Shown one piece after another: positions 42,000 through 57,560 of a stretch of DNA of 64,000 bases. Each line of letters begins with the position of its first letter. Within the stretch, counting starts at the first letter, position 1. Made by a program: the position numbers and the translations under genes. The notes beneath the pieces were generated by a model that saw only the letters and a list, made by a program, of their open reading frames with translations, was not told where the DNA came from and did no database searches. The stretch lies in assembly GCF_009914755.1 (NCBI RefSeq), contig NC_060929.1. One strand, written 5' to 3'. This stretch comes from the human T2T-CHM13v2.0 reference genome, Homo sapiens.

Positions 42000-42400
42000 T
42001 ATTCTGTGAGGTTTGTGGGCACTTCCCATCTAGACTAGCTTAGCTGAGTCCAGGTGATTTGCATTGGCATCACTTATACACGTCTGGATTATTTAGGAAT
42101 GGCTGGGACACAGCTTCTATCTGATAGGTCTTTCATCCTCCAAAAGGCTAGCCCAGGCTTATTCACACAGTGGTGGAAGAATTCCCAGAGAGCAGCAGGA
42201 GACAGAAAATGCCAATGTGCAAGCAGTTTTCAAGCTTCTGCTTGCAACACATTTCCTAATGACCCACTTGCTAAAGCTAGTTATGTGATTACAGATCCAA
42301 GTGATGAAATTTACTCCACCTCTTGATGAGAAGGCAGCAAAGTCACATGGAAAAGGGTAGGCATATAAAGAATTGCAGTCCACCATAGGCAGCCACATCT
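42000..42400 (-). mobile_element. Old MLT1 (J/K-like) LTR
   Basis: TCATCCTCCAAAAGGCTAGCCCAGGCTTATTCACA...CTCCACCTCTTGATGAGAAG. Confidence 0.7.
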
Positions 42401-42549
42401 TGCTTCTATTCTCAACACTCAGGTTAAATCATCCCGCACATCAGTTGTTCCTAGCCAGTCAAGTAAATACAGGCTGGTCACTAATGGTAACTTTCAGAAT
42501 TACCTGTTTGTTCATCTGCAAGCTTGACCCACTTGTTATTCATCTCCCA

Positions 42550-43000
42550 CCACACAGCCACTTAAGTGACTGCTCCTTTGAAATCTTGTCTTGTCTCTTG
42601 TTCACTCTCACTTGCTCACTCTTACCCCAAACACCTAACAATTCTGGCCTCTGCACATGTAGTTTCTTCAGGCTGGAAGGTCCTTCTACAGTTTATTCCT
42701 CTAATGAATGCCAATGCATATGTTAATCCATAACTCAAGCATCTCTGCCATTCAATCCTTTCATGACCTCCTCAGCTGGATCTAGATAAGCTCTTACACC
42801 TGTGCTCTCAGGTCACCTCATGTATAACACTAGGGTTGCACTGTAACATCACATCAAAATCCTTTATCACTCCCACTGGCCTGTAAATCTCCAAGGTCAA
42901 AGAAAACTTTTGGTCTTCTTCATCTTTCTGTTCCTGGTGCCTAGCCCAGGGTCTGGCTTGCAGTAGATGCCCAGTAATTGTTGATTGAGTACGTATGGTG
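42550..43000 (+). mobile_element. L2 3' portion
   Basis: CTGTAAATCTCCAAGG...TGCCTAGCCCAGGGTCTGGCTTGCAGTAGATGCCCAGTAATTGTTGATTGA. Confidence 0.7.
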
Positions 43001-43789
43001 CATAGTAAATAAGACATAAGTAACGCCATACGCAGGTAGTTTATATGGTCTGGTTGGAAAGACAATATATTTGCCTGTGAAACATCTGGAGAACAATATA
43101 AATTATTTGCTGCAAGAAATAAGAAAGGGAAAAAATATTTCCTAATTCAGCTTCCGGCATCTTATCTACCTTAAGTTCTTCCCTTTCCATCATATCTTTT
43201 TGTCTCTCTCCACCACCAAATCTAGTCTGTCATCATTTTTCTGCAGCTCCAGTAACAGGCTCTTTGGGTTCCAATCCTGCTGACTTTTTGACCTCATGCA
43301 AGTTATAGGTTATCCTCTGAAAATCTCCTTCTCTTCATCTGTTTTCTGAGGATCTGTGAGGATTAAATAAATCAAGACACCTAAAAGCACTTGGCCCAGT
43401 TCTTGATTCACAGGAGTGCTCAGTAAATATTAGTGTTTCTTAAGGTGCACAACATCACTATTGTTGTTACGTTTCCAGGTCACTTCTACTGCTTTTGTTC
43501 TGTCCCTAGTAATTCCTTTCCTGAGTCATTACAATCACATTCTGGAGACTCTTTCCCCTAACTCATCCTGCAACTTTTACCTGTTTGCCTTTTCTAAAAG
43601 AAATCTGACCACATATTTTGCATGCTTCAAAACCTTCCTTGTTTTCCATTGCCAGAAGAATTCAGTTGGAATTCTGGCTAAGGAGGCCAGAACCTGAAGG
43701 GGATGGGTTCCTAGAGCCAGAGCCCCTGGGAGGAGGTACTCACCCAACTATCACATCCCTGCTCCAGTGAAAGAGGACTGCCACTCAAG

Positions 43790-43965
43790 AGGGCTCATTT
43801 CTGGAGTGTTTACTCTATGCCAGGACTATACTGAACACTGTACCTTCCTGTACCTCCTTTAATCCTCTCAATACCCCTATGATGGCAATGCTATTGCTAT
43901 CCTCATGTTATAAATGAAGAAACAGGCTCACAGGGCTTAAGTAATTTGCCCAAAGTTGCAGGTAG
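43790..43965 (-). mobile_element. MIR
   Basis: TTTAATCCTCTCAATACCCCTATGA...TAAATGAAGAAACAGGCTCACAGGGCTTAAGTAATTTGCCCAAAG. Confidence 0.8.
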
Positions 43966-45877
43966 GAAAAAAAAAAGGTGCTAGGGTATTTTAAACCCTT
44001 GAACTCGACCAGTAGTTCTCTTCAATCATCTAAAACCATTTTAGGGTCTATTTATTTTAAGACATTATTAACAAAAAAATGCCTAAAGTAATATTTATTG
44101 CTTAAAGACATCACAAATTCTACCAAAGTGGCAGAGAGGCTTCATTCACTCTTGTTGGCTCATTTAGCAGCAAGATTTGCTTAGTTTTATCTTTTGTTCC
44201 CATGCCAAACCACAGTTAAATCTTGCTGTTTGGTGGAGGCTTTTCCTGAGCACCACGTTGCTTATAATTTAAATCTCTGTAGAACTGTTTGTGTTCCTGT
44301 AGGGAGATCCCTTTACCTGGAGTTTTATGTAGTTGGCTCTGGGAATGCTGAGAGTGCATGCTTTATCCTAAGTATGTGCATGCACTGCTTCTCTCTGGCC
44401 AAATTGTGCTTACCCATAGCTATGTTGTACCTGGTTTCATTTCCCCAAGTATGTGGTTTTCTGCCCTCGTCAAAGCCAAGGATGAGTGGAGCAGTGAGTC
44501 ACATGTGTGATCGTCACTGTTTTCTCTACATTTTACAAGAGAACCCACAGAGACTTAACACGTTTCCATTCTTTTACTGGCTCCTTCTTAGATATAAGGA
44601 GAGATCAGAGAAAAATGCTGTGAATCACTTGGCAATGATGAACAATGGCCTACGGCAGAGAAATGAAAATGTCAGGTGTGTGGTTTTTCCAAACCTAAAA
44701 TATTTGCTTTCAATGCAGTTAGCAGAGTTTTAATTACAGGGTGTTAAACCCTTGGAGGTGTCATGGTTACTCAGCACTCAATTTGATGATCATATGTAAA
44801 ATAATAATAGCTTTATTGAGATGCAGTTTACATATATTCACAAAGTTGTGTGACCATCACCACTATCTAATTTCAGAACATTCTCATACTCCAGTAACAA
44901 GCTCTGTATTCATCAGCTATCACTTTTATTATGCCCCTCCTCCAGCTCCTGGCAACCACTAGTCTACTTTTTGTCTCTATGAATTTGCCCATTCTGGACA
45001 TTTTATAGAAATAAAATCATACAGCATGTGGTCTTTTGTGATTGGATTCTTTCACTTAGCATAATGAGTTCAAGGTCCATTCATGTTGTAGCATGTATCT
45101 GTACTGCATTCCTTTTTATTGCCAAATAATATTCCATTGTATGGATATACCACATTTAGTTTACCCTTTCATCAGTTAATGGATATCTGGGTTCTTTTCA
45201 CTTTTGGGATATTATGAGTAATGCGACAATGAACACTCATATACAGTTTTCTGTGTGAACATATGCTTTCTGCTGTCTTAGATATAGACCTAGGAGTGGA
45301 ACTGCTGGGTCATATGGCAACTCCGTTTAGCTGTTTGAGAAACTGCCAGACTATTTTCCTAAGTGGCTGCATCATTTTACATTCCCGCAAACAAGTGTAT
45401 GAGGGTTCCAATTTCTCCACATTCTTGCTGACATTTATAATTTATTATTTTGATTATAGCCACGTAGTGGCTATGAAATAGCATATCTTTCTGGTTTTTA
45501 ATTTTTATTTTTTGCAATGGACTGAATGTTTGTCTCTCCCCCGTCTTTCTCCTCCACCTGCCATGTGAGGAAATCAGGAAGAGGGCTCTCACCAGAACCT
45601 CACCATGCTGGCCCCTGATCTCAGACCTCCCAGCCTCCAGAACTATGAGAAATAAGTGGCTGTTGCTTAAACCACTCAGTCTATGTTATTCTTGTTATAG
45701 CAGCCCAAACTGACTAAGACATCATGGTAAAATAGACATAAGATAAAGTTTATCATTTAACCATTTATAGGGTACAATTCAATGGTATTAACTGCATTTA
45801 CAATGTTGTGCAACCATCACTACTATCTATTTCCAGAACTGTTTCTGTTTCCCAAACAGAAACTCTATAATCAATGA

Positions 45878-46293
<416 letters not shown>

Positions 46294-47439
46294 CCTTTGA
46301 CCATTTTTAAATTGGGTCATTTCTCCTTTTATTGTTGGGTTATATATTCTGACTACAAACCTACTATCAGGTATATTATTTACAAATATTTTCCCTGATT
46401 CCATGGTTTCACTTTCTTGGTGAAGAAAGCACAAGTTAGTAATTTTGATAAACTTCCATTTACCTATTTTTGTTGTTGTTGTTTGCTTGTGCTTTTGGTA
46501 TCATATCTGAGAAGCCATTGCCTAATCCAAGGTCACAATAATTTACCCCCATATTTTCTCTAAGAGTTTTGTAATTTTAGTTCTTATATTTAACTCTATG
46601 ATCCATTTTGAGTTAATTTTTGTATATGGTGTGATGTAGGGATCCAACTTTATTTTTGCATGTGAATGTTTAGTTGTCACAGCACCATTTGTTGGAAAGC
46701 CTATTTTTCCCCCACTGAATTGTCTAGCACCATGACTAAAAATTAATTAACTGCAAATAGACTTTCACATGTATTCCATTCATCATATGTCTTTCTTTAT
46801 GCCAGAACGACACTGTCTTTATTACTGCAGTTTGTAGTAAGTTTTAAAACTGGGAAGTGTGAGTCCTCCAACTTTATTCTTATCTTTCAAGATTGACTTG
46901 GTTCTTTTGGGTCCCTTACATTTCCATGTGAATTTCATGATCAGCTTGTCAATTTCTGCAAAAAAGCCAGTTGGGATTTTTATGGAGATTGTATTGAATT
47001 TATATGTCAGTGTTAGTAGTTTTCCCATCTTAATAATACTATGTCTTTACACCCATGAAGATAGTTTTCCATTTATTTAGGTCTTCTTTAGTTGATTTAA
47101 ATATTGTTTTATAGTTTTCAGCACATAAGTCTTGCGCTACTTTTGTTAAATTTATCCCTATTTTATTGTTTTGATGCTATTACAACTGTAATTATTTTCT
47201 TAATTTCATATTTGGGTTGTTTGCTGCTAGAAATACAATTGATTTTTGAATTTTGACCTTCTATCCTGAAACCTTGCTAAAAGTGTTTATTTGTTCTAAT
47301 AGTGGTTTTTGGTGGATTCTTCAAGATTTTCTAAATATAAGATCATGTCATCTGCCATAGAGATAATTTTACTTCTTCCTGTCCAATCTAAATGCATTTA
47401 TTTCTTTTATTTTCTTTCTTTCCTTTTCCTTGACTAATT

Positions 47440-47742
47440 TATTTTATTTTAATTTTTTTAGAGATGGGGGTCTTATTCTGTCACCCAGGCTATAGTGCGG
47501 TGGAGCCATCATAGCTCACTGCAGCTTCAAACTTGGGCTCAAGTGATCTTTCCATCTCAGCCTTCTGAGTAGCTGATACTACAGGCATGCACCACCATGC
47601 CTGGCTAATTTTTTCTCATTATATTTTGTAGAGACAGGGACTCACTATTGCTCAGGCTGGTCTTGAACTCTGGGCATCAAATGAGTCTCCCACTTCGGCT
47701 TCCCAAAGTGCTGAGATAATAGGCATGAGCCACTGCAATCAG
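47440..47742 (-). mobile_element. AluJ
   Basis: CATAGCTCACTGCAGCTTCAAACTTGGGCTCAAGTGATC; diverged J-type copy. Confidence 0.9.
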
Positions 47743-49187
47743 TGTAGAATTTCTTTTGTCAGAAGAGAAAAAGTCAAGAAGGGCAAGGCCAAGAATGTCT
47801 AGGAGCCCAGTATCTTGCAAATAAATCTATTTGTTGATATTCGTATTTTCTCATTCCTTGATTAAGAGATCTCTCTTCTCTGATTCCCCCATTTAGGAAG
47901 GAATGTGTAACTTAAGGCAGAGTACTTCTTTTAAAACATGTTCTTGGACGTTACCCAGTGATCCATCAACCAGCATTCAACCAGTTGTCTTTCACTTCCA
48001 ATCTCCTATGTTATCCTAAACCACCATGTTGGACACAAGGGATAGAAAATATAAAATTTAAATAATAGAAACTGATGAACTTAGGTTGCCTTTCATTTGT
48101 GTACCCCAACCACCAGATTATGGTTATCAGTTTCTTCTTTTTGGCATCCTCACCCTAGCTTGCGATATCTGATACATATTTTTTTTCTGTATACCCATCT
48201 ATGTCGGTGTTGGGAAATAAATGTCCCAACTTTGGAGGCTATGTTTATCATCTGGCCTCTGCTTCACGTGTGTTACTTAGCCTCCTTATTACCTGGCCAA
48301 TGTAGAGAATTTAAAGTGTCTTCATAAATCTAATTTTAATTTTCTCTCAGTAAGAACTGGAAAATATGTCTAATTATAAGGATGCTATAGACTACAATAG
48401 AAGAATATTCAATTCCCACTAATAACCCTGAGAAGTCTGAAATAATGTGTTATTTTTGGAATTACTATATTACACCTTAGGCTGGCACAGCTATTTTTCA
48501 GGGAAGCAGCTGTAAAATAATAGAAAGAACAGTATGTTATGAGTGCAGTCCTGGGTTCTGGTTCTTCTGCAATTAGTTTGGTGTGTGGCCTTGGCTAAGT
48601 TATCAGTTGAGCTCTCTGGGCCGGAAATGAAATGTTTGAACTAAAGAATCCCTTGAGCACTGATATTCCATGATCCTGTGATGTGAATGAGAGGTGCTGT
48701 ATGTAAGCCTAGTAAAGTGGGTCTGTATGCAAGCCAGTGAGAGAAGGCCATAACTTCCAGGAAGCACACTGCAGAAATGATGTCACCATAGCTACCAGGG
48801 CAGCAGAGTCTCTTGAAGAAGGACTTGCATGACAGTTTCAGTTTTACATCTCAGCACACTAGCCCGCATCATCTTTCCCTCCAAAGACCACAAAGCGGGA
48901 GGGGAAGCATATGACAACATATGGTACCGGAGCATGTATTCTGGATGAGATAATTCTTAAGAACAGAGTTCATCTAAGCAGAAGGCAATACAAATTCACA
49001 ATCTCCTGAAGATTGTGAGTGTACAGCCTAGGGAGTTTCCTCTTTGATGTTCCCCCCACTCTAGCCTAATGGCCATCCTGAAGTAGGGTCAGAGGAAGGC
49101 CCAGAAAAGGTCCCCTAGCTATATGCTTGGAGCCGTTGCTCACCAATATGTGGCATGTCCCAGTTTGCCCAAGGCAGAGTCACTTGT

Positions 49188-49988
<801 letters not shown>

Positions 49989-50104
49989 TCACCGTAAGAG
50001 CATGCTTATTCCTAGGTCCACCCATTTGTTTTTTTAAGTAATAAAATAAAATATTGTTCAATTAAATCCCTTCACTTGCTTCATTTTCGAACAGTATCAG
50101 CTTC

Positions 50105-50625
50105 CATCTATTGTGTACCCACTTGCAGCATGCTCTGGGCCAAGGTTTTAGACATGAAATCTTACTCACAGCGCCTAAGAGGGTATCATTAGTCCCCTTT
50201 AGATATGAGGAAACTGAGTCTCTAAGAAGAGAAAAATAGCAGATCCAGAATTTGAACTTAGGTCTGTTGGCATCAGAAGCCTTTTGTCATTACGCTGCTC
50301 TGTGTTAAAAAAAAAAAAAAAAGAAAGAAAGAAAGAAAAGAAAAAAGAAAAAAAAACAGAACAAAGTATTTTTAACCTTCAGGAAAGGTATATTGTCTCA
50401 TTTGTATTTTTAGATTTAGAATGCTGATTAGTGAAGCACTTCAGATCCTGGCATCGACACCCATTGTGTCTTCTTTCTGTTCCTCAGTTTCCTCTTTAGG
50501 AAAATGGGACTAATAGTAGTTTCTACCTCATGGCAGGGTTGTAAGGATTAAGAACTAATATACATAGAGTGCTTAGAACAGTGCCTGGTGCACTGCAGTC
50601 TCTTTTTAACTGTTAGTGTTATTGT
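50105..50625. mobile_element. Two MIR fragments (- about 50105-50300, + about 50475-50625) around an A-rich tract
   Basis: ATGAGGAAACTGAG on -; CCTCAGTTTCCTC...AAAATGGGACTAATAGTAG...GTGCTTAGAACAGTGCCTGG on +. Confidence 0.8.
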
Positions 50626-51571
50626 CATCATCACCACCACCATCATCACGTGATCATTTATACTTGAACGAAGTGCCCCCACTACACATGCTTCACTAAT
50701 AAAGCTCCTGCTCTCCAGCACCCTTGGCTCTTCCCAACTGCTGCACTTCAGCCCGCCTGCCAGTTTCCACTTACCTTGCCATCTGTCTCTGGTTGTATTA
50801 ATTTCTCATTAACATCCTTTTGTTGTTATAATTTCAATGAGTATAAAATATGTAAGAATTTTATGTTTTTACTGCAGAAACATAGTTTTTCTCCTTCTAG
50901 CACCTGATTCATCCAGCTTTGAAAAACTGCAGGGCTCTGCAGCAATACTTGAAACATTATAAGTTGAAGAGGTGAGAAAACTGGGGTCTCTGTGACCATT
51001 TCTCAATTTTGCAATAATTCACAGTATCACTTCACCCCCTAGTCTCTTTAGCTCTGAAATGGAAAGAACAACATTTAGTTTTGAGGTTCTTATACAGAAG
51101 TTATAGTCTTAAGGTAAAGAATTGGTAGATAACTATTGACTTAGGCATCATAATGGTTGAAGAACTTAAAATGTTGAGAATCACACAGAAAACATACATT
51201 TAAAGTTAAATATAATCTTTTTCTTATTACTCAAAAGAATAAAATGTTCATTGTTATATCTTATTTTCATATATGTGTATTTCTAAATTGTGTGTATATA
51301 TATATAAACAAAAATGAGATCAAACTGAAGTATTGTTTTGCAGTCTGCTTTTTTCCTGTTACAAAGTACTGTAAACATCTTTCTATTCCAATAATATTCA
51401 GTTCTTTTTCAACTATTTTTGGCAGCAGAACTAATTTTCTGAAAGGAACCACCCTGCATAAGACAGATAAAATTGGAGCTTTTGAGGTTGAAAAAGGAAT
51501 GTGAGAGCCAGAACATCATCCACTCTGTCTCCCACTGGTTTTTTTCTTCCCCACCCTCCAGTTGTTGCCCC

Positions 51572-51992
51572 TGCTATGGTTTGGATATGGGTTGTTTGTC
51601 CTCACCAAAGCTCATGTTGAAATTTGATCCCTGGTGTGATGGTGTCGGGAGGTGGGGCCTAGTAGGGGATGTGTAAGTCGCGAAGGCAGAGCCCTCATTA
51701 ATGGGGCTCTTTTGGTAGTGAATGTGTTCACATTCTAGAGAGACTGGCTTAGTTCAGGGGAATGGATGAGTTGTTATAAAGCCAGGAGGCCCTATGTTTC
51801 TCTCTTAACATGTGTCTGCTTCCCCTTGAGCTTCTCTGCCATGTTATAACACAGCATGAAATCCCTGCCAGAAGTCAGGGCCATGACCTTGAACTTCTCA
51901 GCCTGCAGAACTCTGAGCCAAATAAACCTCTTTACTTTATAAATTACCCAGTTTCAGGTGTTCTTCTGTTGCAACACAGAATGAACTACGGT
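51572..51992 (+). mobile_element. MSTB/MSTC-like MaLR LTR
   Basis: Starts TGCTATGGTTTGGATATGG; ends with AAATAAACCTCTTTACTTTATAAATTACCCAGTTTCAGG. Confidence 0.85.
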
Positions 51993-53549
51993 ATCTGAGG
52001 TACCACGAAAGAACCCTGTGGATCCAAGGATCATTACAGCATGCCATTATATATTTAACGAGCATCTCTTCATTTAGGTTATTTCCAATTTTTTTTCTGT
52101 CATAAACAACACTGCAGTGAACATCCTCATAGCTAATCTTGGCATGTGTTATTTATTTATTTATTTCCTCAGAGCACCTTTTTAGAAGCAGAATTTCTGA
52201 GTTACAGTGTAAGTATAAATTTTTTAAAAAATCAATATTGCCAAAAATGTCTTTTTAGAAAGTCTGTACAAATTAACCTACTAACCTTGGGTATTTTCAT
52301 TACAAAAAAATCTTGGCCAAATGTTTTGGTTAATGGCAAAACCATAAAATTTAGAGGAAACACCAGATACCATTAAATAGAGGAAGAGAGATGAGAATCT
52401 GTCACCCCACCCTCTCTTTCCCCCCTATACTCCCTCCTTCCCTCAGTCTCCACTTCCCTCCCAAAGGAATTTTGTTCTTTAATGTTTGCAGACATCCTGA
52501 AAGCAAAGGCCCTACCCTCTAAGAGCTTGCATTTTAAGGTTAAAAGATAATAAAATGTGGAGAAAAGTTTGCTCATTCCTATGAACTGGGCTTAGGACAA
52601 GTTCTAACATAGAAAACACTCTCGAAGTAGGAATTCAAGAGTCAAATGACCCTGAGAAGGTAGGCACTTTGGAAGAACATGGCTGGTAAGGGCAGATACA
52701 ACCTGGCCATATAATGTAGCCTTACCCACCATGATAATCATTCATTTGGCCCACTGGGCACTGGACCTATGACTTTAGTGTTCCCAGTTTAATGGGAAGT
52801 CCTTGAAAAACCCATCTAGGAGACCCTTCACGAAATCACTTCCAGCTACCTGAGGGGAAAGTGCTGTTTCCGGTCATCTGCCACATCACCTACAACTCTG
52901 AGATATCATGGTGTCAATCCGTGGGTGATGAAACTGTGAAATATCATCTCCTTCAAGTTGGGTAGAATTTTTTTCCATTTTTCCTCTTAAATAAGAAATT
53001 GGCTTAATTTTCCCAGGAGATTCTTATGTGCTTTGCATTGAATATCTTTTGATTTCAAGGAGATCTCTACAGATTTCTCTGTGCAGGGAAAAGAACTTGA
53101 GGAGAGAGTTGGTAGTGGTAACCTTGGGTACACAGCAATGCTTTACTTTTCTATTTGATTACCCCTATTTTAGTAGGTCTCTGAAGGTCTTTAAGCTAGC
53201 GTTGTACATGCACTTCAAAGAACTTCTAAATTAAACTAAAAGTCTTTCCACAACAATTTCGTAAGATATAAATCATCTGTTATACCACAGGTTACCAGAG
53301 ACCCCCAACTCCAGACTCAATACTGCACCAGGGCAGTTGTACAGAACTGACTGCCTTTTTGAAAACCTGAAGCACACCTCATCTACTCGACTCTACTTTC
53401 CTAAAGATTCTCAATGCTGGCTGAACATACATTGGCACCACTTGGAGGACTTTAGTAAGAGATGCCTGAGCCAGCCCCTGATATTTGGACACAATTGGCC
53501 TGGGGTGGGGCTGGACATCAGACTGTTTTAGGAGTTCCCCAGATGATTC

Positions 53550-54093
53550 TGTCAGATTCCTTCGAACCAGAGCAACTCCATCTTAAATAGGAGCTGGGTA
53601 AAATGAGGCTGAGACCTACTGGGCTGCAATCCCAGACAGTTAAGGCATTCTAAGTCACAGGGTGAGAGATAGGAGGTCAGCACAAGATACAGGTCGTAAA
53701 GACCTTGCTGATAAAAAAGGTTGCAGTAAAGAAGCCAGCCAAAACCCACTGAAACCAAGATGGCCACAAGAGTAACCTCTGGTCATCCTCACTGCTACCC
53801 TCCCACCAGCGCATTTACAAATGCCATGGCAACATAAGGAAGTTATTCTATATGGTCTGAAAAGGGAAGGCATGAATAATCCACCCCTTGTTTAGCATAT
53901 AATCCAGAAATAACCATAAAAATGGGCAACCAGCAGCCCTTAGGACTGCTCTGTCTATGGAGTAGCCATCCTCTTATTTCTTTACTTTCCTAATAAACTT
54001 GCTTTCACTTTATGGACTCGCCCTGAATTCTTTCTTGCATGAGATCCAAGAACCCTCTCTTGGGGTCTGGATGGGGATCCCTTTCCTGTAACA
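53550..54093 (+). mobile_element. MER41A ERV1 solo LTR inserted in a MER5
   Basis: TG...CA termini (TGTCAG...GAACCAGAGCAACTCCATCTT...CCTTTCCTGTAACA), 544 bp, AATAAA near 53992, 4-bp TSD ATTC/ATTT. Lacks the MER41B tandem GAS segment. Confidence 0.92.
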
Positions 54094-54299
54094 ATTTCGA
54101 TTAAGAATCTTGAACTTTACCAAGTACTTCTCTAATTTCATCTTTTCGTCTAAGAATTGGGTTGAATTTAAAGTAGTCACTTCAAGGAAATTAAGAAAAA
54201 TAAAGAGAAAGATTAGAAGAGAAAAATTTCTCCATTTTAACAATGCATTTCACTCTCCTAAAATAAAGCATAAATATTAGGGCAAGATCATTAACTTAC

Positions 54300-54323
54300 C
54301 TGGAGGAAGGCCGAGCACTGGGG
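54300..54323 (-). other. Candidate 24-nt microexon (unverified)
   Basis: The minus strand reads CTTAAT...TTGTCTCCTCCCACACTGCCCATGTCCTAG|CCCCAGTGCTCGGCCTTCCTCCAG|GTAAGT. No host gene is visible in the window. Confidence 0.3.
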
Positions 54324-56279
54324 CTAGGACATGGGCAGTGTGGGAGGAGACAATATGACATTAAGATTGGTTTAACATATGAAACACCTTCTTACAGTGT
54401 CACTGCTAAATAGCTGGAATGGTTAAGAGCAATCGTTGCAAGCCAAGTTCTTGGCGCTTCAGAAGGCTGCCATACCTTTTCCTCTGGATCAAGCGCTTAA
54501 TTACTTCATTTGCCTGAGATCTCATCGTGGAACTCATTACTAAATCCATCAGGACCTAGAGGGTGTCAGGATGATGTAGCAGTCTTATAAATTTCTTTAT
54601 ATTATCTAGTAATTCTTCTTGTACACTAAATGCTTCAGAATGACAGGAAGATGTAACTTATCATTGTGAGTGGGAATGACTTTGAAAACATCTTTTTCTC
54701 CTTTTAAGAGGAGAAAAGAGCAATGGAAAGAGTGTTTTAAATCTCCAAATTAGTATTTAACTAAGTTAGCATGAAACCTGTTCTCTTTCAAGCCCTTGAT
54801 TGCTTTATTAGAAGTAATTGTTTATCTCGGTTTAAGAAAATTGGTTGAGACAGGTTACTTGCTTTCATGTCTCATTCATATCCACTTTATATTAAGTACT
54901 TTGAATGTATTTTTAACCCTTAATGTTTTGCAGACTAGACAGGAACCTACAGAAAGAAGAGATATGTTCTTTTAACATCAATATATTACTCTTATTAAAA
55001 ATATTATTCTCACTAATGTCAAATGGTCTTTTCGTACCTAATGATCTTGACAAGAACAAATACAACCATGTGGATTTGGAATCAGGAGAGAACAGGGTCA
55101 TTTATCTGTGGTGCTGTGGGAGAGACATTTTCGTTTTCAATTTTCTTCTCCATTTTCTTATTACAATTATTGTTTGGGTTCATTATGACAACTCCCATCA
55201 TTATGTTCCAGCTCACAAGCTGGAGAAAGATTAATGGTAGAAGAAGATACAGTCTTTGGCATCAGAGCTACATCTAGCTGTTAATATAACAGAGTAGAAA
55301 TACATGAAATCCATTTATAAGATTTATGCTTATGATGGAGAAAGTAGTACAAGGTATAAAATGTTAAGATGTAGAACCTGAAATGTTGGCAGGTAGCATG
55401 CGAATTTCAATCATTTATTCATTCAGTCATTCTTTCAACAAATCTTGAGCATTAATTATGTGTGCATCCTGTATGGTGAGCTTGAAATGAACTCTAATAA
55501 GACACAGCCTGATAAGGGATTGTGGGATGAGAAGTATGCACACGGTGGCAGTTGGGGATAGAGGACTTACTTATCTGGTTTTGACTATTCTGAAGACTTG
55601 AGTTTTGATTCTGATTATCTGGTGGGAAGCTCTGGGTCTAGGTGTCTATTATAATGATAACTAGTTTGTTTGTTTGTTTTTTAACGCAAAGCTTTGTTGT
55701 GAATAACCAAATGTACAAATGAAAACTATATTTACTAATTCATTCTGTAGTACAGAAACAATAAAAGCTCCACAGTGAGTCAATACAAGCCTCTAATTTC
55801 TCCTCACCTAAGAAATCAGTAATTCTTCTTTAACTGTTGTAACAATGAGAAAAGTTTGGTGCAGGCTGGGTTACTTTCTTCCAACATAGTAGTGTATCCA
55901 TGTAGTTGCCTCCTTTGATGCTTTTAGAGATGCTTTCCTTGTTGCAGGTCCCTTGTAACTAACTTCAGAGAGTTAGACTTTGTTTTTTTAACCTTGGGAA
56001 GGTCTGCTGTAGGTCTTGTTTATGGGAGCACTCCAAATGTTCCCTCTGTGGGATTTTCTTTCTCAGCTCTATAGCTTTGGGTGGGGGGTTCTAAAAGCCT
56101 TTGAAGCGGAAGAGTCATTTCCTGTTTGGAGGCCTAAGTGTAAAGAAAGCCCTTTGTCATTGCTCAGAAATGGGGAGTCCATGACAATTGTTGTGCAAGA
56201 GCATTCAACACTCACCCAGGTAGAAATGGGTAGATGGGGATGTTGCCCTTTAATCACTTCTTGCTCAACATCATGTAGG

Positions 56280-57560
<1,281 letters not shown>

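Noticed and set aside
44194-44733. 179-aa ORF in non-repeat DNA
   Set aside because: TTG start, Cys/Leu/Phe-rich random-like composition and no recognisable domain.
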